From Haloarculaceae archaeon (GTDB taxonomy: Archaea; Halobacteriota; Halobacteria; Halobacteriales; Haloarculaceae), in assembly GCA_042217345.1 (NCBI GenBank), contig JBDGSW010000154.1, positions 1-52,577 of the forward strand: DNA of 52,577 nucleotides, in the 5' to 3' direction. Position 1 is the first letter of the stretch, and each line of letters begins with the position of its first letter. The position numbers and the translations under genes are program-made. Of this stretch, positions 8,239-18,027 are shown one piece after another. The notes beneath the pieces were generated by a model that saw nothing but the letters and a program-made list of their open reading frames with translations, was not told where the DNA came from and did not search any database.

Positions 8239-11064
8239 ATGGCTGACGCGGGGACGGCTGCGGCGTTCGCGGAACTCGGCGACCCCGTGCGGACGGCGCT
8301 GTCCGAACGCGGCTTCCAGACGCCCACCGAGCCCCAGCGCCGCGCGATCTCGCCGCTGCTCGCGGGCGAACACGGACTCATCGTCGCGCCCACCGGGACG
8401 GGCAAGACCGAGACCGCCATGCTGCCGGTGTTCGATGCCCTCGAAGGTACCGACCGGTTCGGCATCGGCGCGCTCTACATCACGCCGCTGCGGGCGCTGA
8501 ACCGGGACATGCGCGACCGACTGGAGTGGTGGGGCGAGACCCTGGACGTCGAGGTGGACGTCCGCCACGGCGACACGACCCAGTACCAGCGGAGCAAGCA
8601 GGCCGACGACCCGCCGGACGTGCTGGTGACCACGCCCGAGTCGCTGCAGGCGATGCTCACCGGCGAGAAGCTGCGGCGGGCGCTGGCGGACGTCGAACAC
8701 GTCGTGATCGACGAGGTCCACGAACTCGCGGCCTCCAAACGCGGCGCCCAATTGACCGTCGGTCTGGAGCGCCTGGTCGAGGTCTCGGGTCCCTTCCAGC
8801 GCATCGGGCTGTCGGCAACCGTCGGCGACCCCGCGGAGGTCGGGAAATTCCTCACGGGCGATCGCGGCTGCGAGATCGTCGAGGTCGACGTCGGCAGTCG
8901 ACTGGACGTCCGCGTCCTCGAACCCGAGATCACCGACGCCGACGAGCGGCTTGCCTCCGAACTGATGACCAACGCCGACGTCGCCAGCCACGTCCGCGCG
9001 ATCGACGAGATCGTCGACGACCACGACTCGACGCTCGTGTTCGTCAACACGCGCCAGACCGCCGAGGCGCTTGGCTCGCGATTCAAGGAACTGGGCACCG
9101 ACATCGAGGTCCACCACGGCTCGCTGGCCAAGGAGGCGCGCATCCGCGTCGAGGACCGCTTCAAGGCCGGCGAGCTGTCGGCGCTTTTGTGTACGTCATC
9201 GATGGAACTGGGTATCGACGTCGGGAGCATCGACCACGTCGTCCAGTATCAGAGCCCGCGGCAGGTCTCGCGCCTGCTCCAGCGGATCGGCCGCGCGGGC
9301 CACCGCCGCGACGAGGTGTCGGCTGGCACGATAATCACCACCCGCCCGGACGACACCTTCGAGGCGCTGGCGATCGCCCGCCAGGCCGTCGACGGGCAGG
9401 TCGAGCCGGCGAACATCCACCACGGCAGCTTAGACACCGTCGCCAACCAGATCGCCGGCCTCGTGATGGACTTCGGCGAGGTGTCGGCGATGCGGGCCTA
9501 CAGCGTGGTGACGCGCGCCTACCCGTTCCGCGACCTCGACGAAGAGACGTTCAAGGGCGTGGTCCGCCAGCTCGCGGAGAACCGCGTCGTCTGGCTGGAG
9601 GAAGGCGCCGACAGCGTTCAGAAACGCCGGGGTACCTGGCAGTACTTCTACCACAACCTCTCGATGATCCCCGACGAGGCCACCTACCGGGTGAAGGACA
9701 TGGCCAGCGGGCGCCAGGTCGGCACCCTCGACGAGAAGTTCGTCGTCAACTTCGCGGCGCCCGGCGAGGTGTTCATCCAGGGCGGGGAAATGTGGCGCAT
9801 CACCGAGGTCGACGACGACGAGGAGGAAGTGCTGGTCTCGCCCGTCGAGGACCCGGCCGGCGAGGTCCCCTCCTGGGTCGGCCAGGAGATCCCCGTCCCC
9901 TACGACGTCGCCCAGGAGGTGGGCGAAATCCGCGGCGTCGCCGGGTCCCAACTCGCCGACGGTGCCGACGTCGACGCGGTCGCGCGAGACCTCTGCCGGC
10001 GCTACCCCGCCGACGAGCACACCGTCGCGGAAGCGCTCGACCAGCTCGCGCGCCACGAGGCGACGATGCCGACCGGCGACCGCGTCCTCGTCGAGTCCTA
10101 CGGCCGCGAGGTGGTGCTCAACGCCTGTTTCGGCCACACCGTCAACGAGACGCTCGGCCGGCTGCTCTCGGCGCTGATCGGCCAGCGGACGGGGTCGTCG
10201 GTGGGGCTGGAGGTCGACCCCTACCGGATCGGACTCGAGGTCCCAAGCGGCGTGACCGTCTCGGACGTCCTCGACGTGATCGAGGAGACCGACCCCGCAC
10301 ACGTCGGCGCGCTGATCGAGCTCAGCCTGAAACACGCCGACGCGCTGAAGTTCAAGCTGGCGCAGGTCGCCGCGAAGTTCGGCGCGCTCAAGACATACAA
10401 GCAGGGCAGCGCCCGCCGGTTCGGCCGAGGGCGCCTGCTCGACGCCATGGAGGACACGCCGATGTACGACGAGGCCGTCCGCGAGCTCCTCCACGAGGAC
10501 CTGGCCGTCGACGCCGCCAGCGACGTCCTCGAACGGTTGCAGTCCGGCGAGCTGGAACTCGCGACCGTCCCGGAGCGAACCCCGATCGGCCGCGGCGGGC
10601 GCTCCTCGGGCCGGGAGCTGCTGGCGCCCGAGAACGCCGACGCCAGCGTCATCCAGACGGTGCGCGAGCGAATCCAGGACGACCGGGTGTTGCTCTTCTG
10701 TCTGCACTGCCAGGACTGGGAGACGAAACGCCAGGTCAAGCGGGTCTCGGACCAGCCGACGTGTCCGAACTGCGGCTCGACGCGCGTCGCGGCGCTGAAT
10801 CCCTGGGCCGACGAGGTCGTCAAAGCCGTCAGGGCCGGAGAGAAGGACGACGAGCAGGACAAGCAGACCCGGCGAGCCTATCAGGCGGCCAATCTGGTCC
10901 AGAGCCACGGCAAACAGGCGGTGATCGCGCTGGCGGCCCGTGGCGTCGGCCCCCACAACGCCGCGCGGATCATCGGCAAGCTCCGGGAGGACGAAGACGA
11001 GTTCTACCGGGACATTTTGGCCCAGGAGCGCCAATACGCCCGGACGCAGTCGTTCTGGGACTAG
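8239..11064 (+). CDS. lhr: Lhr-family SF2 DEAD/DEAH-box helicase with C-terminal Cys-rich domain
   Basis: APTGTGKT, PLRAL, DEVH, SAT, HHGS, SSMELGIDVG, QRIGRAGH, SMIPD; C-terminal CLHC...CPNC. Confidence 0.92.
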   Translation: MADAGTAAAFAELGDPVRTALSERGFQTPTEPQRRAISPLLAGEHGLIVAPTGTGKTETAMLPVFDALEGTDRFGIGALYITPLRALNRDMRDRLEWWGETLDVEVDVRHGDTTQYQRSKQADDPPDVLVTTPESLQAMLTGEKLRRALADVEHVVIDEVHELAASKRGAQLTVGLERLVEVSGPFQRIGLSATVGDPAEVGKFLTGDRGCEIVEVDVGSRLDVRVLEPEITDADERLASELMTNADVASHVRAIDEIVDDHDSTLVFVNTRQTAEALGSRFKELGTDIEVHHGSLAKEARIRVEDRFKAGELSALLCTSSMELGIDVGSIDHVVQYQSPRQVSRLLQRIGRAGHRRDEVSAGTIITTRPDDTFEALAIARQAVDGQVEPANIHHGSLDTVANQIAGLVMDFGEVSAMRAYSVVTRAYPFRDLDEETFKGVVRQLAENRVVWLEEGADSVQKRRGTWQYFYHNLSMIPDEATYRVKDMASGRQVGTLDEKFVVNFAAPGEVFIQGGEMWRITEVDDDEEEVLVSPVEDPAGEVPSWVGQEIPVPYDVAQEVGEIRGVAGSQLADGADVDAVARDLCRRYPADEHTVAEALDQLARHEATMPTGDRVLVESYGREVVLNACFGHTVNETLGRLLSALIGQRTGSSVGLEVDPYRIGLEVPSGVTVSDVLDVIEETDPAHVGALIELSLKHADALKFKLAQVAAKFGALKTYKQGSARRFGRGRLLDAMEDTPMYDEAVRELLHEDLAVDAASDVLERLQSGELELATVPERTPIGRGGRSSGRELLAPENADASVIQTVRERIQDDRVLLFCLHCQDWETKRQVKRVSDQPTCPNCGSTRVAALNPWADEVVKAVRAGEKDDEQDKQTRRAYQAANLVQSHGKQAVIALAARGVGPHNAARIIGKLREDEDEFYRDILAQERQYARTQSFWD

Positions 11065-11873
11065 AACCGCCGGCTCCAGAGCGCGTAGCGGTTCTGGCGC
11101 TGGCCGTCGTAGCGGAAGACGAGCGCGTCGGGCTCGGCCTCGGTCGGTACCTCGAACGGCAGCGTGCACGTGAAGCTGTCGCCGCGGTCGAGGATCTTCT
11201 GGTCGTAAGCGACGCTCGTCAGCGCCTCGTTTCGGCCCCCGTCGGCAACGACCGTGAAGCCCCGGACGTTGGGCATCCAGCGGGCGTCGCCTCTGGAATT
11301 GGCCAGCTCGACGGTCGCCACGGCCAGCGTCTTGCCGTCGGAGGGGCGGTAGGTCGCGCCGTGGTAGGTGTAGACGTCGCGCAGCCGGACGTCGGTGTAC
11401 GCGATGCGCATGCTGTCGACGCGGAAGGGGGTCCCCAACGGCAGGTGCGGGCCGACGACGTCGACCGACCACGTGTTGTTCGGGTTGGCGACCCGGACGT
11501 CGACGGTGCTGATGGTCTGGAACGCCGAGAGCGTGACCGTCGCCCGCTGGGTCTCGCCGGCCTCGGCGTAGATCAGCGCGGTCGTAACGGTCTGGAACCC
11601 CTTCCCGTCGCTCTTCCGGACCTGCACCGGCGCGCGGAAGACGCCGGCGTGCTCGCCGGTGTTCTCGACGGTGAGCGTGACGTCGTAGGGGATGCCCAGC
11701 CCTATCTTCGGGCTCGCGTCGATCGACTTGAGGGTGAACGACGTCGCCGGTGCCGGTTCCGGCGTGCTCGTGGCCGTCCCCTTCGTCTTTCCGGACCCGG
11801 AGTTCCCGCCCAGACAGCCCGCGAGCCCCGCCGCGCCCGCGCCCACCGACGCCAGCAGCGATCGCCGCCTCAT
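11061..11873 (-). CDS. Tat-exported lipoprotein, hypothetical
   Basis: MRRRSLL twin-arginine motif plus LAGC lipobox; beta-rich mature part; start moved to ATG 11873. Confidence 0.75.
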   Translation of the reverse strand: MRRRSLLASVGAGAAGLAGCLGGNSGSGKTKGTATSTPEPAPATSFTLKSIDASPKIGLGIPYDVTLTVENTGEHAGVFRAPVQVRKSDGKGFQTVTTALIYAEAGETQRATVTLSAFQTISTVDVRVANPNNTWSVDVVGPHLPLGTPFRVDSMRIAYTDVRLRDVYTYHGATYRPSDGKTLAVATVELANSRGDARWMPNVRGFTVVADGGRNEALTSVAYDQKILDRGDSFTCTLPFEVPTEAEPDALVFRYDGQRQNRYALWSRRF

Positions 11874-12031
11874 CGAACGCAACCACCACGCCGGCAAGTA
11901 TAGGCCTTGCGTGTAGTGATCGGCGCCAGGGCGCAACTATCGGGGACTCGGTCGGCGGGCGCGACCGTTCCCACCGCGTAGGAACCGGGTCGCCGGTTGA
12001 AGCCGCTTGCGCGCCTCTCCTCAGGTGTACT

Positions 12032-12343
12032 ATGACCGAGCACGTCCTCGACCACGAGATCGAACTGTTCCGCGAGCCCGACGCCTACGTCGTCCTGATC
12101 GAACTCCGCGAGTACGACGCCGCGGACCTGGACGTGACCTGGCACAACAACCGCCTGCACGTCGAGGCAGAACGCGTCGACGACGACGGCCGCACGCGCG
12201 TCTACCAGCGCTCGCTTTCGTTCCCGCGGTCGATCGACCCCGACGGCATCGACGCCGCGGTGACCGGGGAGACCCTCGAAGTCCGGTTGCCCGTCCTGGC
12301 CGGCGACGACGACGAGGCCGTCCAGATCGCGATCGAGGGCTGA
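12032..12343 (+). CDS. Hsp20/alpha-crystallin family small protein
   Basis: Pattern ..YVVLIEL...DLDVTW....LHVEAE...YQRSLSFP..ID.DGIDA....LEVRLP fits the alpha-crystallin fold. Confidence 0.8.
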   Translation: MTEHVLDHEIELFREPDAYVVLIELREYDAADLDVTWHNNRLHVEAERVDDDGRTRVYQRSLSFPRSIDPDGIDAAVTGETLEVRLPVLAGDDDEAVQIAIEG

Positions 12344-12405
12344 GGCGCCGCGCTCGTGGTCGGTCGCGGTGGGCTTTTTTCCCGCTGGCCCGCGACCCCT
12401 TGGGC

Positions 12406-12909
12406 ATGGAGTTCGAGGTGATCCAGGGCGACATCGCCGCCCAGCGAGCGGACGCGCTGGTCAACGCCGCGAACACGAGCCTGCGCATGGGCTCCGGGGT
12501 AGCGGGCGCGCTCAAGCGGACGGCCGGCGACGCACTGAACAAGGAAGCGGTCGCGAAGGGCCCCGTCGACCTCGGCGCGGTCGCGGTGACCGACGCCTAC
12601 GACCTCGACGCCAGATACGTGATCCACGCCGCCGCGATGCCCGCCGGCGGACAGGCGACGGCCGAGAGCATCCGCGACGCCACGCGGAACACGCTGGCCC
12701 GCGCCGACGAACTCGACTGCGAGTCGCTCGTCCTGCCCGCGCTGGGGACCGGCGTCGCCGGGTTCAGTCTGACCGAGGGCGCGGCCATCATCTGCGAGGA
12801 GATCGACGCCTTCGAGCCCGACTCGCTGACGGACGTGGCCGTGGTCGCCTACAGCGACGAGGACTACGAAACGATCGGCGCGGTCGCCGCCGACGTCCGC
12901 GGCGGGTGA
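12406..12909 (+). CDS. Macro domain (ADP-ribose binding / Appr-1-p processing) protein
   Basis: QGDIA, DALVNAAN..L.MGSGVAGAL, YVIHAA, PALGTGVAG. Confidence 0.92.
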   Translation: MEFEVIQGDIAAQRADALVNAANTSLRMGSGVAGALKRTAGDALNKEAVAKGPVDLGAVAVTDAYDLDARYVIHAAAMPAGGQATAESIRDATRNTLARADELDCESLVLPALGTGVAGFSLTEGAAIICEEIDAFEPDSLTDVAVVAYSDEDYETIGAVAADVRGG

Positions 12910-12945
12910 GCCCGAGCGGTCGGGGTGGCCGGCCGGCGCGATCGA

Positions 12946-14061
12946 TCAGATCCCGGCGACGTCGCGGATCGCCGCGGCGACGGCGCCCGGCTGCTCCTCC
13001 TCGACGAAGTGACCGACGTCGTCGAACGCGGTGACGTGCCTACCGAGCTGCGGGAGCGCCTCCCGCCAGCGCGCCACGGTCGAGGCCTTCCCGCAGGGGT
13101 CCCACCGGCCGACGACGGCGCGCACGCCGATCTCGCGTCCGTCGGGTCCCCACTGGGCCGGGAGGTCGGACTGCATCCCCTCGTAGAACGGCGCGGTGTC
13201 CCGCGGGCCGAGGTCCGGTTCCTCGTAGGTGTTGCCCTCGGCCCAGGAGCGGGTCTGGCGGACGAATCGCTTTGAGCTGCGAGCGTTGACCGGGTGGCGG
13301 AACTGCTCGGCGAACACGCGTCTGGCGAGCGGGTCGCGGTCGGGGACCCACCCGAGCTGCTGGAGGGCGGTGTGGCCCGCGAACCCGCCCAGCAGCCGAA
13401 CCGGGCCGCAGGGCGACCGGAAGACGGCGTAGGAGGCCAGGTCGCCCCAGAAGGCGTCCGGGACGACGTCGGGCATGCGCGACCACGGCAGGATTCGCGT
13501 CGGGTAGGTTCCCGGGTAGGTGTAGCCGTCGTCCGGGATCGGGAAGACCGTGCTGTTGGTGACCACGAGGTTCGCGACCCGGTCGGGGTGCTCGAGGAAC
13601 GCTCCGACGCCGATCGGGCCGCCCCAGTCGTGGATCACCAGCGTCACGTCACGCAGGTCCATCGCCGCGATCAGCTGGCGGAGGTTGCGCGCGTGGTCCA
13701 TGCAGACCATCTCGTAGCTCGCGGGGTCCGAGAGCCCGAAGCCGACGTGGTCCATCGCGACCACGCGCACCGGCTCGTCGGCGCGGGCGTCCAGGTGGTC
13801 GATCGCGCCGCGCCACGTGTAGGAGTTCTCCGGGTTGCCGTGGACGAATACGACGGTGTGCTCGGGGCTCGCGTCGCTGTCTGCCGTCGGCTCGCCGTCC
13901 GCGTCCCCGCCGTGGACGCTGTCGCGGACGAACAGCCGCTTGCCGGCGTCCCGTCCGTCCGGAATCTCGAACCACGCGGCGCTGCCCGCGGGGTAGTAGT
14001 CCGGGGGCACGTACTCGAGAGGCGTCGCGCCGGGCTGGTCGTGCCAGGTGGCGTCAGTCAT
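12946..14061 (-). CDS. Alpha/beta hydrolase, haloalkane dehalogenase/OleB-like
   Basis: VHGNP, DHVGFGLS, nucleophile motif IHDWGG, C-terminal GHFVEE. Confidence 0.85.
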   Translation of the reverse strand: MTDATWHDQPGATPLEYVPPDYYPAGSAAWFEIPDGRDAGKRLFVRDSVHGGDADGEPTADSDASPEHTVVFVHGNPENSYTWRGAIDHLDARADEPVRVVAMDHVGFGLSDPASYEMVCMDHARNLRQLIAAMDLRDVTLVIHDWGGPIGVGAFLEHPDRVANLVVTNSTVFPIPDDGYTYPGTYPTRILPWSRMPDVVPDAFWGDLASYAVFRSPCGPVRLLGGFAGHTALQQLGWVPDRDPLARRVFAEQFRHPVNARSSKRFVRQTRSWAEGNTYEEPDLGPRDTAPFYEGMQSDLPAQWGPDGREIGVRAVVGRWDPCGKASTVARWREALPQLGRHVTAFDDVGHFVEEEQPGAVAAAIRDVAGI

Positions 14062-14079
14062 CCCAACACCCCCACCCGT

Positions 14080-15054
14080 TTACTCGTGACCGGAGACCGG
14101 CAGCGGTTCGTAGGGCTCCTCGAGCCACTCGACGTCCGATTCGGTCAGGTCGATGTCGAGCGCTTCGACGGCGTCCTCGAGGTGCTGGACGCTCGTCGTG
14201 CCGACGATCGGCGCGTCGACCCACTCCTTGTCCAGCACCCACGCCAGGGCGATCTGGGCCATCGTGGCGTCGTACTCGTCGGCCAGTTCCTGCACCCGGC
14301 GGTTGATCTCCGGCCCGCCCCCCTCCATGTAGGGGTGCTCGTAGAGGTGCTCCTCGGTCTCTCCGCGCGTGGTCGCGTCGACCTCGTCGTGCGGGCGCGT
14401 GAGGTAGCCCCGGGCCAGCGGGCTCCACGGAATGACGCCGACGCCCTCCGTCTGGCAGAACGGCAGCATCTCGCGTTCCTCCTCGCGGTAGACGAGGTTG
14501 TAGTGGTTCTGCATGGTGGCGAAGCGCTCGAGGCCGAGCGCGTCGCTCGTCGCGAGCGCGTCGGCGAACTGGTGGACCCACATCGACGAACCGCCGATGT
14601 AGCGGACCTTCTCGCGGCGCACCGCGTCGTCCAGTGCCCGCAGCGTCTGCTCGATCGGGGTCTTGTAGTCCCAGCGGTGGATCTGGTAGAGGTCGATGGT
14701 GTCCATGCCCAGGCGCTGCCGGGAGGCGTCGAGTTCCTGCTCGATGGCCTTCCGCGAGAGCCCGCCGGAGTTGGGATCGTCGTCGTCCATCTGGAAGTAG
14801 CCCTTCGTGGCGACGACGCTCTCCTCGCGGCGGCCCTCGAGCGCGTTGCCCAGCACGCGCTCGGACTCGCCCGTCGAGTACATGTTGGCGGTGTCGAAGA
14901 AGTTGATCCCCAGGTCGATCGCCCGGTCGATGATCGGCTGGGCCTCCTCCTCGTCGAGCACCCACTCGCGCCACTCGGGCGTGCCGAAGCTCATGCAGCC
15001 GAGACAGAGCCGACTGACTTCCACGCCGGTCGAACCGAGGGTCGTGTACTCCAT
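14080..15054 (-). CDS. Aldo/keto reductase
   Basis: LCLGCMSFG, FFDTANMY, VATK, IDLYQIHRWD, IPWSPLARG; start ATG 15054. Confidence 0.93.
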   Translation of the reverse strand: MEYTTLGSTGVEVSRLCLGCMSFGTPEWREWVLDEEEAQPIIDRAIDLGINFFDTANMYSTGESERVLGNALEGRREESVVATKGYFQMDDDDPNSGGLSRKAIEQELDASRQRLGMDTIDLYQIHRWDYKTPIEQTLRALDDAVRREKVRYIGGSSMWVHQFADALATSDALGLERFATMQNHYNLVYREEEREMLPFCQTEGVGVIPWSPLARGYLTRPHDEVDATTRGETEEHLYEHPYMEGGGPEINRRVQELADEYDATMAQIALAWVLDKEWVDAPIVGTTSVQHLEDAVEALDIDLTESDVEWLEEPYEPLPVSGHE

Positions 15055-15098
15055 GCCCGTGGTGGCGGCCGGCGCGATGAAAAAACTACCTCGTTCCC

Positions 15099-16169
15099 TC
15101 AGAGCGACTCGGCGTCGACTCCGCCGACGTAGCGCCGAACGGCCGCGTACAGCCCCACGGCGAGCACCGCGTACAGCGCCACGAGGCCGTACGTCGTCGC
15201 CGTCGGGCTGTCGATCGCCAGCTTGGCGACCGTCGTCGCCGGGTGTTCCGGCAACAGGACGGCCGCGCCGAACAGCGCCAGCACCCCGACGGAGTAGATC
15301 AGCTGGGCCGTCCGGCGCTCGCCGACGGCCAGTCCGAGCCCGACGCCGACGGCGACGACCGTGACGGCCATCGCCGTCACCGTCAGCACCAGCAGCGGGA
15401 CGTGGGCGACGCTGATCCCGTTGAACGCCAGCAGGGCGATCCACAGCACCGCCTGGAGCGGCGCGAGCACGATCATGGCAGCGGCCTTCCCGTCGACGAT
15501 GTCCCCGAGCGTGACCGGCGCCACCCGCAATAGCTCCATGGTCCCGCGCTCGATCTCCTCGGTGACGGCGTCGACGGCCACCGAGCCGCTGATGAACGGG
15601 GGCAAAAAGAGCAACAGCGGCACCAGGATGGTGTAGGTGAACCCGAAGTACGGGCTGGCCGGCACCGACGGCGGCATCGGTACCACCGGCGCGTCCAGGT
15701 GAGGCGCCCGCGCCACGCGCTGCTGGCGTTCGAGCACGTCCAGCAGCCGCCGGACCTGCACGACCAGCAGCGTCGTCCGCAGGCTCCCCTCGGGGACGGT
15801 CGCGGTCACCCCGACTCGCGTGTCCGGCAGCCGCTGGGCGACCAGAACCACGTCGACCCGCCCGTTCCGGAACGCCGCCGTCGCCGACGCGTTGTCGGGG
15901 TAGGTCCTCAGCGCAACGCCGTCGACCTCCGTAGCGGCCTGCTGGACCGAGTCGGCCGCCTCGCCCGTCACGCCCACCTGCACGCCGCCCGAGGCGACCG
16001 ACTGCGGGTCGTACATCGAGGTCAGACCCACCACCAGGAACGACGAGAACGCCGCGACGAACAGCTGGATCAACAGCGCCAGGACGATCGTCTTCTCGCG
16101 CGACAGCGACGACAGCTCTCGCCGGGCGATCACCGCACGCGGGTCCGTCAGCAGCTCACTGAAGGCCAC
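15099..16169 (-). CDS. ABC transporter permease
   Basis: IARREL N-terminus, EEIERGTMELLRVAP motif, multiple TM segments; overlaps the upstream gene. Confidence 0.85.
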   Translation of the reverse strand: MAFSELLTDPRAVIARRELSSLSREKTIVLALLIQLFVAAFSSFLVVGLTSMYDPQSVASGGVQVGVTGEAADSVQQAATEVDGVALRTYPDNASATAAFRNGRVDVVLVAQRLPDTRVGVTATVPEGSLRTTLLVVQVRRLLDVLERQQRVARAPHLDAPVVPMPPSVPASPYFGFTYTILVPLLLFLPPFISGSVAVDAVTEEIERGTMELLRVAPVTLGDIVDGKAAAMIVLAPLQAVLWIALLAFNGISVAHVPLLVLTVTAMAVTVVAVGVGLGLAVGERRTAQLIYSVGVLALFGAAVLLPEHPATTVAKLAIDSPTATTYGLVALYAVLAVGLYAAVRRYVGGVDAESL

Positions 16170-18027
16170 TGGCGATCACCACCGTGTAGTTGTACGCGAA
16201 GTGGATCGTCATCGCGACCACCAACGCGAGGACGTACGACCGCCGGCTCCGACTCGCCCCGACGGCCGAGATGCTCGCCGTCACGACGTGCAGGACGAGC
16301 GGCGCCAACAGCAGCGCGACGGCGACGGGGATCGACGGCGTGCCGATGCCGGTCAGCAGCGCGGTCCGCCCGATCGGCAGCTCGGGCAGGCCGATGAGCT
16401 GGGCCAGCAGCGTCAGCTTCTCGCCGACGAAAAAGCCCAGCCCGCTGGCGGCGCCGACGACCAGCGCCGGTCGCAGGCCGGCGTCGAACCGCGAGTGGGC
16501 GTAGCCGGCGTAGACGTGCAGGCTCTTTGCGATCTCCTCGACGACGACGACCACGAGCAGTATGGCGGGCACCCACAGCGCCGACGGCAGCGCGAACAGC
16601 ACCGCGACGCCGATCAGCTCGGCGACGAACACGAACGGGATCACCACGGCGCTGGTGACGGCGACGCTCGCGGGGCCGTGGATGCGCGCCGCAAGCGCGT
16701 CGAGCAGCTTCAGCGGGATGGCCCGCTGGGTGAACAGGTCCTCCTCGCGGTAGATGCCGGCGCCCATCGCGAACAGCACGCCCGCCAACAGCGTCGGCGG
16801 CAGCGTCGCGAACGCGAACGCGCCGGGGTCGATCGCCTTGTCCTGGAGGTTCCGGACGACGATGGTCAGCGGCGAGATGAGCGCGACGGCGTTGACGTTC
16901 GTGAAGATTGCCGGCACGAACGCGTAGCTCGACAGCGTGACCGTCACCGTCACCGTCACGAATGTCAGCTCCTTGAACGAGCGGGCGAACATCGCGCCGA
17001 CGAACGTCGCCCCCAGAAACAGCAGGGCGATGGGCGCCACCGCCAGCAACGACACCGCGACCGACGCCGGATCGACGGCGGGGAACTCCAGGGCCGCGGC
17101 GATGAGGCCCGCGACTCCGAGCGAGGCCGCCAGGTACGGCAGGGTCTTCCCGCCGATCACGTCGTAGCGCGTCACCGGCGCAACCAGCAGCAGTTCCCCC
17201 CGGCGGTTCAGCCGCTCACCGAGCATCGTACTCCCGTAGGCCTGGATGACGAAGTTCAGCGGCAGCACGAACACGAACGCCAGCACCAGCGACTGGAAGG
17301 GGAACGGCGGCGCGATGTCCCCGGGCGTGCCCGAGGCGTTGGCCCCCGCCAGTCCGCCGGCGATCCCCCCGCCGCCCGCCGGGATCTTACCACTCCCGCT
17401 CGCGCCACTCCCCGCCTGCGTCCCGGACCCGCCCGCGGTCCCGCCCGACTGGCCGCCGCCGGCCGTGCCCGATCCGTTCGACCCGCCCGTGCCGGCGTTC
17501 GCGTCGCCGCCGTTCGCATCGCCGCCGTTCCGCCCGGCGCTGGCGTTCCCGCCGCCGGTCCCGGTCGCCAGCCGATCGCGCACGCCCGCGCGCTCGACGT
17601 ACTGCAGACTGACCAGAACGGGGAACGCCGCCGACTGGTTGGCCTCGGTGGCCATCCGGCGGTCGTTGGCGCGTTTCACCGACGAGCGGAGTTCGGAGAC
17701 CGCCGCTCGCCCCTTCGGCGTGTCGGCGGGGATCACGGCCGTTCCCCGGATCAGCACGTCCACGCTCGTCCCGAGCGCGTCCGGATCGGGGTCGCGGGCG
17801 ACGAACGTCGGGTCCGACGCGACGACCGGGTAGTAGGGGTCGTCGGCGGCGACGCCGACCCGGTAGATGCCCTGGTCGACGGCGACGCCCTGGCCGGCGG
17901 CGTACGGGCCGACGAGGCCGGCGACCAGGAGGGCGAACGCCGCCACGGCGACCGTCCGGCGGTCCACGCCGCCGGCGTTCTTTGTGACCTCCCAGCGGGC
18001 GATGCGCAGGACGTGCCGCAGCTTCAC
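16156..18027 (-). CDS. ABC-2 permease fused to PrsW-family intramembrane metalloprotease domain
   Basis: Permease motif ERLNRRGELLLVAP; C-terminal EEIAK, GFFVGE, LH and HFAYN motifs match the PrsW/CPBP pattern EExxK, FxxxE, H, HxxxN. Confidence 0.8.
   Translation of the reverse strand: MKLRHVLRIARWEVTKNAGGVDRRTVAVAAFALLVAGLVGPYAAGQGVAVDQGIYRVGVAADDPYYPVVASDPTFVARDPDPDALGTSVDVLIRGTAVIPADTPKGRAAVSELRSSVKRANDRRMATEANQSAAFPVLVSLQYVERAGVRDRLATGTGGGNASAGRNGGDANGGDANAGTGGSNGSGTAGGGQSGGTAGGSGTQAGSGASGSGKIPAGGGGIAGGLAGANASGTPGDIAPPFPFQSLVLAFVFVLPLNFVIQAYGSTMLGERLNRRGELLLVAPVTRYDVIGGKTLPYLAASLGVAGLIAAALEFPAVDPASVAVSLLAVAPIALLFLGATFVGAMFARSFKELTFVTVTVTVTLSSYAFVPAIFTNVNAVALISPLTIVVRNLQDKAIDPGAFAFATLPPTLLAGVLFAMGAGIYREEDLFTQRAIPLKLLDALAARIHGPASVAVTSAVVIPFVFVAELIGVAVLFALPSALWVPAILLVVVVVEEIAKSLHVYAGYAHSRFDAGLRPALVVGAASGLGFFVGEKLTLLAQLIGLPELPIGRTALLTGIGTPSIPVAVALLLAPLVLHVVTASISAVGASRSRRSYVLALVVAMTIHFAYNYTVVIASGLQ

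Noticed and set aside
8526-11903. 1125-aa ORF in an alternative plus frame over lhr
   Set aside because: Arg/Gly/Pro-rich shadow frame expected from high-GC codon bias; it overlaps a clear helicase and has no motifs.
11750-12031. Upstream extensions of several ORF-track calls (Hsp20, macrodomain 12007, AKR 15444, pccB 40530, Dus-like 51047, amidohydrolase 48692, membrane protein 26356)
   Set aside because: The extensions overlap neighbouring genes and lack family similarity; starts were moved to the downstream ATG/GTG.
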